Part shown: in pieces, positions 38,950 to 48,026 of the stretch
How positions within the stretch are numbered: position 1 is the stretch's first letter
How the letters are laid out: each line of letters opens with the position of its first letter
Source: Porticoccaceae bacterium
GTDB taxonomy: Bacteria; Pseudomonadota; Gammaproteobacteria; Pseudomonadales; Porticoccaceae
Direction: 5' to 3'
Assembly (NCBI GenBank): GCA_964230135.1
Contig: CAXRFT010000015.1
Coordinates: 12,708 to 76,707, forward strand
Length of the DNA stretch: 64,000 nucleotides
Notes under the pieces: model-generated
What the model saw: only the letters and a program-made list of their open reading frames with translations
The model's database searches: none
What the model was told of the DNA's origin: nothing
Made by a program: the position numbers and the translations under genes

Positions 38950-39756
38950 TTAGTTATTATTTTTACTATCCATAGTTTCTGAATAAGCCGGTTCATATAA
39001 CCCTAACTGTTGCGCAGTTGTCAAATCGGCCATGAGCGATTTTTCTGTTACCCCCAAAAGATCATCGATATGTTCCAGTACATAGTAAATTGGTTGATGA
39101 ATATCTATTCGATAGGGTGTGCGCAAAATATTCACAACATTGAATGGTCGTCGGTCAGGGACTTTGCTATCGACTGCGTAGATTAGTTCAGTAGGTGAGG
39201 AATTCAATCCAGACCCAAGCGCTTTGCACTTGTTGCCATGCTGCAGCAGACCAAATTCAATGGTGAACCAATAAAGACGAATGATCCATCCATAGTCCTT
39301 GGGATCTGCTTGTCTACCAATGGCTCCAATGGTCTGCGAAAACTGTGCAATCCGAGGATCCGCCAACAAGGGAGTATGACCAAAGATCTCGTGGAAAATA
39401 TCTGGCTCCTGAATATAATCGAAGTCACCTCTGGAGCGAATAAAAGAAGCCGCAGGAAATGTTTTTTCTGACAGCATGGTAAAAAAACGCTGAAAGCCGA
39501 TTAACGCAGGAACCGGCTGAACAGACCATCCGGTCAACGGCGTCAAACAATCGTTAATCTCTTGACACTGTGGAATTCTACTGGTGGATATGGCCAAAGA
39601 AGCCAACCCCTTCAAGTAAATATCAGCGGCGTAATCCTGTACCGAGAGAAGCTGCCTTTCATAGAGGTGCTTCCAAATCTCGTGCTCAGTGTCCGTGTAA
39701 TGAATATAACCGTCGCCATCCGCTTGTTTAGCGACATAACTGGTGCTTTTCCCCAC
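38950..39756 (-). CDS. phhA: Phenylalanine 4-monooxygenase
   Basis: 268 aa with the Fe ligands in PDIFHEIFGHTPLL and WFTIEFGL, which are typical of bacterial PhhA. Confidence 0.92.
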   Translation of the reverse strand: MGKSTSYVAKQADGDGYIHYTDTEHEIWKHLYERQLLSVQDYAADIYLKGLASLAISTSRIPQCQEINDCLTPLTGWSVQPVPALIGFQRFFTMLSEKTFPAASFIRSRGDFDYIQEPDIFHEIFGHTPLLADPRIAQFSQTIGAIGRQADPKDYGWIIRLYWFTIEFGLLQHGNKCKALGSGLNSSPTELIYAVDSKVPDRRPFNVVNILRTPYRIDIHQPIYYVLEHIDDLLGVTEKSLMADLTTAQQLGLYEPAYSETMDSKNNN

Positions 39757-39854
39757 ATCAGCACTCCTTCTTATTTTTTAAAAATTATTATCTATAATTG
39801 GAGATAATACGTTTCTAATTTGTTCATTTATCGTCATATATAGGTAATAATTAC

Positions 39855-39874
39855 CCTTAATTTATTAATTAAGG
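39855..39874. promoter_or_regulatory. Perfect 8-4-8 palindrome abutting the lrp-family gene RBS (candidate operator)
   Basis: CCTTAATT-tatt-AATTAAGG. A second inverted repeat, TTATCT-ataattgg-AGATAA, lies at 39788-39807 in the same 131-bp AT-rich divergent region. Confidence 0.35.
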
Positions 39875-39887
39875 AAAAATTTTTACA

Positions 39888-40340
39888 ATGGACGCCTATG
39901 ACCGCAACATCCTCAATGCATTGCAAAACAATGGCAAACTGGGAAATCAAACATTGGCTAAAAAAGTCAATCTATCCAACTCTCCCTGCTGGCGCAGGGT
40001 AAAAAAACTCGAAGAGACTGGCGTCATCGATAAATATGTGGCGCTACTAAATCCAAAATCCTTGGGGCTTACGGCAATGGCCTATGTGCATATCGCTCTC
40101 CTCGACCACACACAGCAGACCATCTCAACACTGATTGATTTCATTGATACAAAACCACAAATTATCGAATGTTGTTCAATCACTGGATCGAATGATTACA
40201 TGCTTAAAGTCATTGAAAAAGACACGGAGAGTCTTGAGCGATTTATCATGCAGGAGCTACTGAGATTGGGCATTGTCCGATCATCGGTGACTAACCTCAT
40301 CCTGCGTCAACAAAAGTTCACCACAAAAATGCCCGTGTAG
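39888..40340 (+). CDS. Lrp/AsnC family transcriptional regulator
   Basis: 150 aa. The HTH region is D..D..IL..LQ.NG......LA..V.LS.SPC.RRVK.LEE.GVI, followed by a C-terminal RAM/AsnC_trans_reg domain. Confidence 0.9.
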   Translation: MDAYDRNILNALQNNGKLGNQTLAKKVNLSNSPCWRRVKKLEETGVIDKYVALLNPKSLGLTAMAYVHIALLDHTQQTISTLIDFIDTKPQIIECCSITGSNDYMLKVIEKDTESLERFIMQELLRLGIVRSSVTNLILRQQKFTTKMPV

Positions 40341-40503
40341 TGAACTCAAGGACATGGGCAAAATGTGAATGTTGGCTGCGAAAAAACCTCAGCGAGTACA
40401 ACTCACTATACAAAGCACCCAATGCAAACTCAGCTCTAGGCGATTTTCATTGCAACACAACCTTGTGCTATCCTGATTTTTCCACAATTACCTATGGCGC
40501 ATC

Positions 40504-42084
40504 ATGGATAACAATAATTACACGCAGTCTGAACCCGAGGTAGATTGGGCTGTTTTCATTCCCGCAGTGATCATTGTCTTGATCTGCGCTATTCCTCTGA
40601 TGGTATTCCCCGACAGCGCTGCTGCCGCGCTCAGCGAGGGCAGGGCAATCATCATGAGTAACTTTTTGTGGCTTTATTTAAGTGTTGGCGTCGGTGCTTT
40701 TGGCTTCTGCCTATGGCTGGCATTCGGTCGTTTCGCCCATGTTAAATTAGGCGCCGAAGGGGAAGCGCCAGAGTACTCCGATGGCCACTGGGCAGCCATG
40801 ATGTTCACTGCCGCTATTGGTGCCGCCGTTCTGGCTTGGGGTTTTGCCGAACCTATCTATTACCTGCAAACGCCCCCCTTAGGTATTGAGGTGGGCAGTT
40901 CAAAATCTTTTGAATGGGCGCATATGTATCCGATGTTGCACTGGGGCATAGTGCCCTGGTCAATTTATGCAGTCCCCGCAGTGCCCATTGCCTATATGCT
41001 GTATGTCAAGCGCTATAAAGTCCTGCGCATCAGTAGTGCCTGTGATGGTGCTCTGCCACAGCAGGGACGCAATCGAATAAAAACCGGTATAGATATCCTA
41101 ATCATCTTGGGCATTGTCGGTGGCGTTACCACATCTCTCGGTCTGGTGGTGCCTCTTTTGTCGGCTATGTTGGCAACCTTGTTTGATATTGAAGACAGCA
41201 TGGTAATTAAACTAGCGGTGCTGGCAATGTGGACAATGCTATTTGGAGCCAGTGTCTATCGTGGCCTAAAATCCGGCATTAAGGTGTTAGCTGACATCAA
41301 TATGGTGTTAGCCATTTTTGCGGTAATCTTTATTTTGGTGGCGGGCCCTGGCGTGTTCATACTCGATCTCACGGTGAACAGTGTCGGCCTGATGTTTAAC
41401 AATTTTATCAGCGCCGCTACCTGGACAGATCCAATTAATAACGGCAGTTTTCCTGAGGACTGGACAGGCTTTTACTGGGCGTGGTGGCTTGCTTACACCG
41501 GTATGATTGCCCTATTTTTTGGTCGCATCTCTCGCGGTCGAACCATTCGTCAACTGGTGTTGGGTGTTATCGGTTGGGGTTCCTTGGGAACTTGGACAGT
41601 ACTCGCGGTTATGGGAGGCTACTCACTCTATTTAGAGTCCAATGGCATTTTAAATGTCTCAGAGATTTTAAATAATCGGGGCATGTCCTATGTCAATGCG
41701 TTAGTCATCAAAAGTTTACCCCTAGGCAAGATTACCCTGACAATATTTATTATCTTGTCCGTGGTCTTCTCGGCGACCACCATCGACTCATCAGCCTATG
41801 TTATCTCTAGCATCTGTGCAAAAAATCTACCCAGTACCGATGAACCCAAACGCTGGAGTCGGGTGGCATGGGCAGTGCTTTTGGCATTGATAACCGCCGG
41901 CATTTTGCAATCTGGTGCACTCGACACGGTTCTCTCCATTACAGTGCTAAGTTCTGTACCCATGATTCCCATCATGATCTTGCTCTGTGTATCTCTCGTC
42001 CATTGGTTAAATAGAGACTTTGGCCACTTAGTCCAGCAAAAGGAACTCACACTGCCCACCGACAAAATAAGTGAGGGAGGCTGA
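40504..42084 (+). CDS. BCCT family (betaine/carnitine/choline) transporter
   Basis: About 12 TM helices. The BCCT signature region is DWTGFYWAWWLAYTGMIALFFGRISRGRTIRQ. Confidence 0.9.
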   Translation: MDNNNYTQSEPEVDWAVFIPAVIIVLICAIPLMVFPDSAAAALSEGRAIIMSNFLWLYLSVGVGAFGFCLWLAFGRFAHVKLGAEGEAPEYSDGHWAAMMFTAAIGAAVLAWGFAEPIYYLQTPPLGIEVGSSKSFEWAHMYPMLHWGIVPWSIYAVPAVPIAYMLYVKRYKVLRISSACDGALPQQGRNRIKTGIDILIILGIVGGVTTSLGLVVPLLSAMLATLFDIEDSMVIKLAVLAMWTMLFGASVYRGLKSGIKVLADINMVLAIFAVIFILVAGPGVFILDLTVNSVGLMFNNFISAATWTDPINNGSFPEDWTGFYWAWWLAYTGMIALFFGRISRGRTIRQLVLGVIGWGSLGTWTVLAVMGGYSLYLESNGILNVSEILNNRGMSYVNALVIKSLPLGKITLTIFIILSVVFSATTIDSSAYVISSICAKNLPSTDEPKRWSRVAWAVLLALITAGILQSGALDTVLSITVLSSVPMIPIMILLCVSLVHWLNRDFGHLVQQKELTLPTDKISEGG

Positions 42085-42198
42085 AAATCTCTACAAACTC
42101 ATAGTTTTGCTCAGTGTGAAGGGTTAACATTTAATTTGGCATTGATAGTGTCATAATTTTTCGATACGCTTGTGAGATTGATTGATAGGATCACAGCC

Positions 42199-43056
42199 AT
42201 GAGAAAAACCATTGCTAAACTGTTACTCTCTGCCCTTGGGGCTCTCGTCATTGCGGCAATAGCAATGCCAAACATCCTGCGCAGCGCAGGCCTCCATCCC
42301 GACTACACTGGTGAAATTCATTCTGTGCCCTCAGGAAAGAAAGCACTCATCATTGGAACCAATCATGGCATCTTGAACCAGCTGGGAGAAACTACCGGAG
42401 ATGCCACGGGGGTAGCCATCTCTGAGGTTTCACATCCTTACTACACTTTTCTAGATGCCGGCATGACCGTCGATATTGCCAGTATCAATGGTGGGAACAT
42501 CCCGGTAGATCCACAAACGCTGTCACGCATGATCATTACCGAGCACGACAAACGCTATTTGAAAGATCCTTCGCTGCAAGCAAAAATGCGCCACTCTATT
42601 CCCATCGGTGATCTGAAAATATCAGACTACACTGTTATCTTCATTGCCGGGGGCTGGGGTGCAGCTTACGATTTGGGGCAATCAGAATTACTTGGAGAAA
42701 AAATGTCTGAGGCTTATTACGCCGGCAACATTTTTATTGGTGCAGTCTGTCATGGTGTTCTGGGATTAATAAAGGCCAAAGATAAAGATGGTAATCTGTT
42801 AGTTGCCGGACGCGAGATGACCGGTGTCACCGACAAGCAAATTGATGAATTGGGCATCACCTCCACACCATTACATCCAGAGAGCGAGTTGCGCAAGGCC
42901 GGAGCGATTTTTAAATCTGAAACTGCATTTCGCGATGTATTTGCCACCCTGGTCACCGTGGACCGAGAAAAACGCTTCATTACTGGTCAAAATCAAAATT
43001 CTGGTTTGGCGGCTGCGCACAAAATCCTCGAGTTGATTGCCGCATCCAGCCAGTGA
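42199..43056 (+). CDS. DJ-1/PfpI (type 1 glutamine amidotransferase-like) protein with N-terminal signal/anchor
   Basis: The nucleophile elbow is IGAVCHGVLGL. The N-terminus MRKTIAKLLLSALGALVIAAIA is hydrophobic (ATG at 42199). Confidence 0.78.
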   Translation: MRKTIAKLLLSALGALVIAAIAMPNILRSAGLHPDYTGEIHSVPSGKKALIIGTNHGILNQLGETTGDATGVAISEVSHPYYTFLDAGMTVDIASINGGNIPVDPQTLSRMIITEHDKRYLKDPSLQAKMRHSIPIGDLKISDYTVIFIAGGWGAAYDLGQSELLGEKMSEAYYAGNIFIGAVCHGVLGLIKAKDKDGNLLVAGREMTGVTDKQIDELGITSTPLHPESELRKAGAIFKSETAFRDVFATLVTVDREKRFITGQNQNSGLAAAHKILELIAASSQ

Positions 43057-43084
43057 CTAAACAGCACGACTAACGGAGACTTAA

Positions 43085-43462
43085 ATGAACAAATTGACTC
43101 GCGTTCTGGCGGTTGTACCTGCATTAATTCTTCTGTTTACCGGCGTGCGCCTGATTGTTGACCCCGCTGCGACGGTGGAAGAACTGGGAATGCCACTACT
43201 TGATCCCCTAGCCAGATCCACTCAGCTGGGAGATTTAACCGCGTTTTTCTTCACCGCCAGTCTTTCTGCATTAATCGGCATCAGCACAGAACAACGTTTT
43301 TGGTTTTATCCCGCCGCAATGCTGACCGGCTTGGCTGCACTGTTCAGGCTACTGGCCTGGCTACTTCATGACGCGGCTCTAACGACACAATTTATTGTCA
43401 TGGAAATGGTATTTTGCTCGTTGTTTTTGCTCGCCGCGCGCCAAATCGGACGGGATAGCTAG
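43085..43462 (+). CDS. Small 4-TM membrane protein (DUF4345-like)
   Basis: 125 aa and four hydrophobic segments. The family assignment is tentative. Confidence 0.45.
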   Translation: MNKLTRVLAVVPALILLFTGVRLIVDPAATVEELGMPLLDPLARSTQLGDLTAFFFTASLSALIGISTEQRFWFYPAAMLTGLAALFRLLAWLLHDAALTTQFIVMEMVFCSLFLLAARQIGRDS

Positions 43463-43465
43463 TTT

Positions 43466-45286
43466 ATGGTGCACCTTAGGTCAATGCGAGAGTTGAGCTC
43501 CCTGCTGTGCTTGGCAATACTCAGTTTCTCAGTGCTCACCGAGCAAGCTAAAGCAAAGAGCATTCGTGACAATTCTCAAACTGCAAGACCTAATATTGTG
43601 CTGCTGTTGGCAGACGATCTCGGCTTCACCGACATTGCCCCTTTTGGCAGTGAAATCAGCACACCTAACCTCAGTGCACTGGCAGACAACGGGGTTATTT
43701 ATACCAACTACCACTCGGCGGCAAACTGCGCACCGGCGCGCGCAATGTTGCTCACTGGAGTGCAAAGTCATCGCGCTGGTGTGCCCAATATTCCAGAAAT
43801 GATTCCGGCAGCTCAACGCCAAGCCGAACACTACCAAGGTGTACTCAGCAGGAATGTCGCCACTGTAGCCAGTCTTCTACAAACTGATGGCTACCACACT
43901 TATATCGCTGGAAAGTGGCATTTAGGCCATAGTAAAGACTTACTTCCGTCAAACCGTGGGTTTGAACGAAGTGTTGCTCTGGCAGATTCTGGCGCGGACA
44001 ACTGGGAGCAAAAACCTTACTTACCAATTTATGAAAAGGCCAATTGGTATGCCGATGGCGAACCATTCTCGCTGCCCGAGGATTTTTACTCGTCGCGATT
44101 TTTGGTGGATAAAACGATTGAATTTATCAACAGTAACAAAAATAGTCAGCGTCCTTTTTTCGCCTATGTGCCCTTCCAAGCAGTGCATATTCCAGTTCAG
44201 GCACCACAGGAATTTATTGACAACTACATGAATACCTATGAACAGGGTTGGCATCAATTGCGACAAGCGAGACTCAAGCGAGCTCTTTCTATGGGTATTG
44301 TTCCACAGACAACGCGCATGCAAGAAATGGCCACGACAGAAAAATGGTCTGACTTATCCCCTGAGCGCAAGCATTATGAAGCCAAGCGCATGGCGGTTTA
44401 TGCAGCGATGGTAGAAGCGATGGATCATCATATTGGTCGTTTGATTGACTACCTAAAGGACATTGACCAATACCACAACACTGTCTTTATTTTCACCTCA
44501 GACAATGGCAGTGAGGTGTCCGGACATCCAAACCCACAGCATCCGCTGGTTCGCTTTGCCATGAATCGCCAGGGCTACTCCACTGATTACGATAACCTAG
44601 GCCTCAAGGGAAGCTTTAACTCCATCAGTCCCAGTTTTGCCAGCGCATCGGCGTCACCACTGGCTTACTATAAGTTTTTTGTCGGTGAAGGCGGCCTGCG
44701 CGTGCCTCTGATTATCGCCGGAGCCGGTGTCACTGCCAGAGGACAAAAATCTGACACCCTTAGCCATGTTACCGATGTCACTCCCACCATATTGAGTTTG
44801 TCCAAGGTTCTGCAACCCAACGGTTATTTTGGTGGTCGAGCAGTGGAAAAAATCGTCGGCAGAGATCTCAGCGAGACGCTGAGTAATCCCAACACCAAAA
44901 TTCGTCAACAACGCGACCAAGACGCCATCGGCTATGAACTCGCTGGTAATGCAGCTCTTTTCTTAGGTGATTATAAAATCGTACTGACCAAAGCATCTCC
45001 CGGCAATGGACAATGGCAACTTTTCAATATTGCCAAAGACCCAGGAGAAACCCGTGATTTAAGTAGCAAGGAGCCATTGAGGCTGCAACAGATGCTCAAC
45101 CTCTACGCTCAATATGAACGTGATAATGGTATTCTGCCCATTCCTAAAGGTTTTGATAGAAACCGACAGGTGGCGATCAATGGTCTGCAGGCACGAGCCA
45201 AGCTGCCACTGCTAAACCTACTGATTGTTTCTGTCATTTTGTTGCCCTTTATTTGGGTTTACCGTCTACGAAAAACATTCAATTAA
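43466..45286 (+). CDS. Arylsulfatase-family sulfatase (formylglycine type) with signal peptide and C-terminal TM helix
   Basis: Contains LLLADDLGF.D and the CxPxR motif in SAANCAPARAMLLTG. SDNG is present. The C-terminal LPLLNLLIVSVILLPFIWVY is a hydrophobic helix. Confidence 0.9.
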   Translation: MVHLRSMRELSSLLCLAILSFSVLTEQAKAKSIRDNSQTARPNIVLLLADDLGFTDIAPFGSEISTPNLSALADNGVIYTNYHSAANCAPARAMLLTGVQSHRAGVPNIPEMIPAAQRQAEHYQGVLSRNVATVASLLQTDGYHTYIAGKWHLGHSKDLLPSNRGFERSVALADSGADNWEQKPYLPIYEKANWYADGEPFSLPEDFYSSRFLVDKTIEFINSNKNSQRPFFAYVPFQAVHIPVQAPQEFIDNYMNTYEQGWHQLRQARLKRALSMGIVPQTTRMQEMATTEKWSDLSPERKHYEAKRMAVYAAMVEAMDHHIGRLIDYLKDIDQYHNTVFIFTSDNGSEVSGHPNPQHPLVRFAMNRQGYSTDYDNLGLKGSFNSISPSFASASASPLAYYKFFVGEGGLRVPLIIAGAGVTARGQKSDTLSHVTDVTPTILSLSKVLQPNGYFGGRAVEKIVGRDLSETLSNPNTKIRQQRDQDAIGYELAGNAALFLGDYKIVLTKASPGNGQWQLFNIAKDPGETRDLSSKEPLRLQQMLNLYAQYERDNGILPIPKGFDRNRQVAINGLQARAKLPLLNLLIVSVILLPFIWVYRLRKTFN

Positions 45287-45326
45287 CACTCCAACATACC
45301 ACCACTAATTAAAATGAGGAGACACC

Positions 45327-45998
45327 ATGGACTTTACTGCCTTTTCTGAATCTCGAAAGAGTGTTCGAGGTTTTCTTGACAAACCAGTATCCAAATCAAC
45401 CATTGACGAGATCATTAACACAGCTAAATGGGCGCCCTCATCTTACAATACACAAACCTGGCACATCCATGCTGTCACGGGCGATGTTCTAACTAAAATA
45501 CGTGAAGGTAACGTAAAAAATACCCTCGCTGGAAAACCTCATGTGCGTGATTTTCCCTACAAAGAAAAGTACGAGGGTGAACATCGTCAACGTCAAATAG
45601 ATGTCGCCATCCAGCTCTTCGAAGCTATGGGAATCGAACGCGACGACAAAGAAAAGCGCACTGACTGGATGCTGCGAGGATTCCGTCAATTCGATGCACC
45701 CGTGTCTCTTGTTCTGACCTACGACAAGTACCTGGAACCTGCGGCCATTAGTCATTTCGGCCTCGGCTCTTTGGCCTATGGCATTGTTCTCGCCGCCTGG
45801 GAACGAGGTATAGGTTGCGTCATTAATGGACAGGGCATTATGCAATCTGATGTGGTTCGCGAGCACGCGCAAATTCCCGACGACCAGAATATAATGATTT
45901 GCATTGCCATGGGCTACCCCGATGATAGTTTTGCTGCCAACGGCGTGCGCTCAGTACGCGCCGATAATAGTGACTTTGTCACCTATGTTGGTTTCTAA
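45327..45998 (+). CDS. Nitroreductase family protein
   Basis: Contains RKSVRGF.DKPV....I.EI...A.WAPS..N.Q.W, the nitroreductase N-terminus. 223 aa. Confidence 0.85.
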   Translation: MDFTAFSESRKSVRGFLDKPVSKSTIDEIINTAKWAPSSYNTQTWHIHAVTGDVLTKIREGNVKNTLAGKPHVRDFPYKEKYEGEHRQRQIDVAIQLFEAMGIERDDKEKRTDWMLRGFRQFDAPVSLVLTYDKYLEPAAISHFGLGSLAYGIVLAAWERGIGCVINGQGIMQSDVVREHAQIPDDQNIMICIAMGYPDDSFAANGVRSVRADNSDFVTYVGF

Positions 45999-46123
45999 AC
46001 CTCATTGAGTGCCGATTTATAAAGCTACTGTAACAATAAAAAACCCGGCGATGTTTGACCCATCGCTGGGTTGCCTATAATCTCTATGATTGATTTAAGC
46101 AGTCAACGAAATCAAGGCATGAG

Positions 46124-47065
46124 ATGAGTGAGTTCCCCAAATTTAGACAGGCTGATTACCCGACGTTGTATCTTGAGCAAACTGATCAAGATTTGTCTAA
46201 AAGTGCTCATCCCAGTCTTCGCTATGCCTATTTTAAAACCATTGCTAAAGGGGGTAAGTCCCTTATCCAGTCTTGCAAAGATCTGCATTTGGGACGCGTG
46301 GTTTGCTATAAGTCTTTGCGCTCAGAGTTTGCCAATGATCCCATTGAGCAAAAACGCCTGCTGCGCGAAGCGCGCATTTCCGCCATGTTGCAGCATCCAA
46401 ATACCATGCCCACCTATGAACTGGGACGGGATCGCCAAGGGCATTATTATTTCACCATGAAGCTGGTTCATGGCTACACCTTCAGAGAAATTATTAACTA
46501 CCGAGAGCGCTACGATCTCTCGCAGCTAATGGACATTTTAATTCAAGTGGCCTACGCCTTGGAATATGCCCACACCCATGGTGTGGTGCACCGCGATATC
46601 AAGCCTGAAAACATCTTAGTTGGGCCATTCGGAGAGGTCCTGCTACTGGACTGGGGATTGGCAAAAGTACGCAGTAAAGACGGAGACCTGAGCGATATCG
46701 AGATCGAGCCAACGGACGTTATGGATCAAAACAAAACCATGACCGGCTTCCAAAAACTCCAGGGAACCATTAGCTATATGTCGCCAGAGCAGATCAACAA
46801 AGACCCCAACATAGATGCTAGAACCGATATTTATAGCCTTGCCGCCTTGTTGTACGAGGGTTTATCTGGCCGCACACCGGCATCTGGTAACACCATGGAC
46901 GAATTATTGCAGAGCACATTGCACAGTACGTCACCGGATATTGCCGATATAAGCAGTATGCCACTACCCAAAGTCCAGGCCTCAACCATAATGCAATGTC
47001 TTGAAAAAAATCCCGATCAACGGGTTCAAAGCATTGCTGAAATGATAAGACTTTTAAAACAGTAA
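46124..47065 (+). CDS. Hanks-type serine/threonine protein kinase, catalytic domain only
   Basis: Contains the VCYKSL Lys, the catalytic loop HRDIKPENIL, DWGLAK (a DFG variant) and SYMSPEQ (APE-like). At 313 aa it has no TM segment or sensor domain. Confidence 0.86.
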   Translation: MSEFPKFRQADYPTLYLEQTDQDLSKSAHPSLRYAYFKTIAKGGKSLIQSCKDLHLGRVVCYKSLRSEFANDPIEQKRLLREARISAMLQHPNTMPTYELGRDRQGHYYFTMKLVHGYTFREIINYRERYDLSQLMDILIQVAYALEYAHTHGVVHRDIKPENILVGPFGEVLLLDWGLAKVRSKDGDLSDIEIEPTDVMDQNKTMTGFQKLQGTISYMSPEQINKDPNIDARTDIYSLAALLYEGLSGRTPASGNTMDELLQSTLHSTSPDIADISSMPLPKVQASTIMQCLEKNPDQRVQSIAEMIRLLKQ

Positions 47066-47074
47066 TCTTGTAAT

Positions 47075-47818
47075 TTAATTAGAAACCACTTCCACTAAAA
47101 CAAAGGATATATTGTCCTGTCCACCACAATCCAGTGCACGCTCCAAAAGCCTGTCTGCACAAGCGTCTAAACTGCTTTCCACACAGGCATATTCCAGCAA
47201 CAAAGGATCTGGAACACGATCTGTGAGCCCGTCAGTACACATTAGCAACAAGTCTCCTGATACCAGATTACTGGAGCCTGTATCTGGCTGAATCAACAAG
47301 ATGGATCCAACTTTTTGAGTCAGAATACTGGGTGCGCGACGATAAAGATCTGGCGCCAACTTGGGATCAATTTTACTGCGATCCAGGGTGTGATCTCTGG
47401 TCAACATCTGGATGGTATTGTCTTTTCGACTTATTCGGTAAATTCTTGAGTCACCCACCCAAGAGTAATGCAACTGATCGCCCAACAACATCATACAGCT
47501 AAGCGTTGTACCCATAGTCCGATACTTTTCTTCGTTGCGCTGGATGGCAATAATCGCTTCATTTGCATACTTCACCGCATTACTGATTTCGCGCCCTGGC
47601 TTTTCCAACCTACGGTATTCATCGACATTTTGCAGATACTCAACGCAAGCGTCCACCGCCAGTTGACTGGCTACTTCACCATATGCCTCACCACCCATCC
47701 CGTCAGCAACGGCTATTACCTGATTGGCCTCATCAATAACCAGCGCATCTTCATTATTGCGCCTGACTTTTCCAGTGTGGGTACGGGAACAGAAGTTGAG
47801 ATGAAAAACAGTGTCCAT
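47075..47818 (-). CDS. PP2C-family serine/threonine phosphatase
   Basis: Contains R.NNED, VADGMGGE, TDGLTD and GGQDNISFVLV. Confidence 0.88.
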   Translation of the reverse strand: MDTVFHLNFCSRTHTGKVRRNNEDALVIDEANQVIAVADGMGGEAYGEVASQLAVDACVEYLQNVDEYRRLEKPGREISNAVKYANEAIIAIQRNEEKYRTMGTTLSCMMLLGDQLHYSWVGDSRIYRISRKDNTIQMLTRDHTLDRSKIDPKLAPDLYRRAPSILTQKVGSILLIQPDTGSSNLVSGDLLLMCTDGLTDRVPDPLLLEYACVESSLDACADRLLERALDCGGQDNISFVLVEVVSN

Positions 47819-48026
47819 AAACAGCAGTGTAACCTAACTCGAGCGGGGTACAACAAACAAAATATCGTCCATCTTACCTAGGTGAAAAACTATTGCTCTA
47901 AGGACAATTATTTGATTATGATGCCAATGATTCGGTCTAACACCATTAACGGTCAAGGCCGTTCCAACTCGACAAGCTTGTGTACATCAATGTGCATTAA
48001 AAAAAGAATAATATGTTGGATAATCT

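Noticed and set aside
40340-40543. A 67-aa ORF between the Lrp-family gene and the BCCT transporter
   Set aside because: It has no recognisable motif and an atypical composition, and it overlaps the well-supported BCCT start region. It more likely represents the transporter's promoter and leader.
46042-46072. A hairpin (ACCCGGCGATG-N7-CATCGCTGGGT) after the nitroreductase gene as a terminator
   Set aside because: The stem is good, at 11 bp with one G-U pair. However, the U-tract is on the wrong side for the plus-strand gene: there is an A-run upstream and no T-run downstream. It is left uncalled, though it may still act as a weak or Rho-assisted stop.
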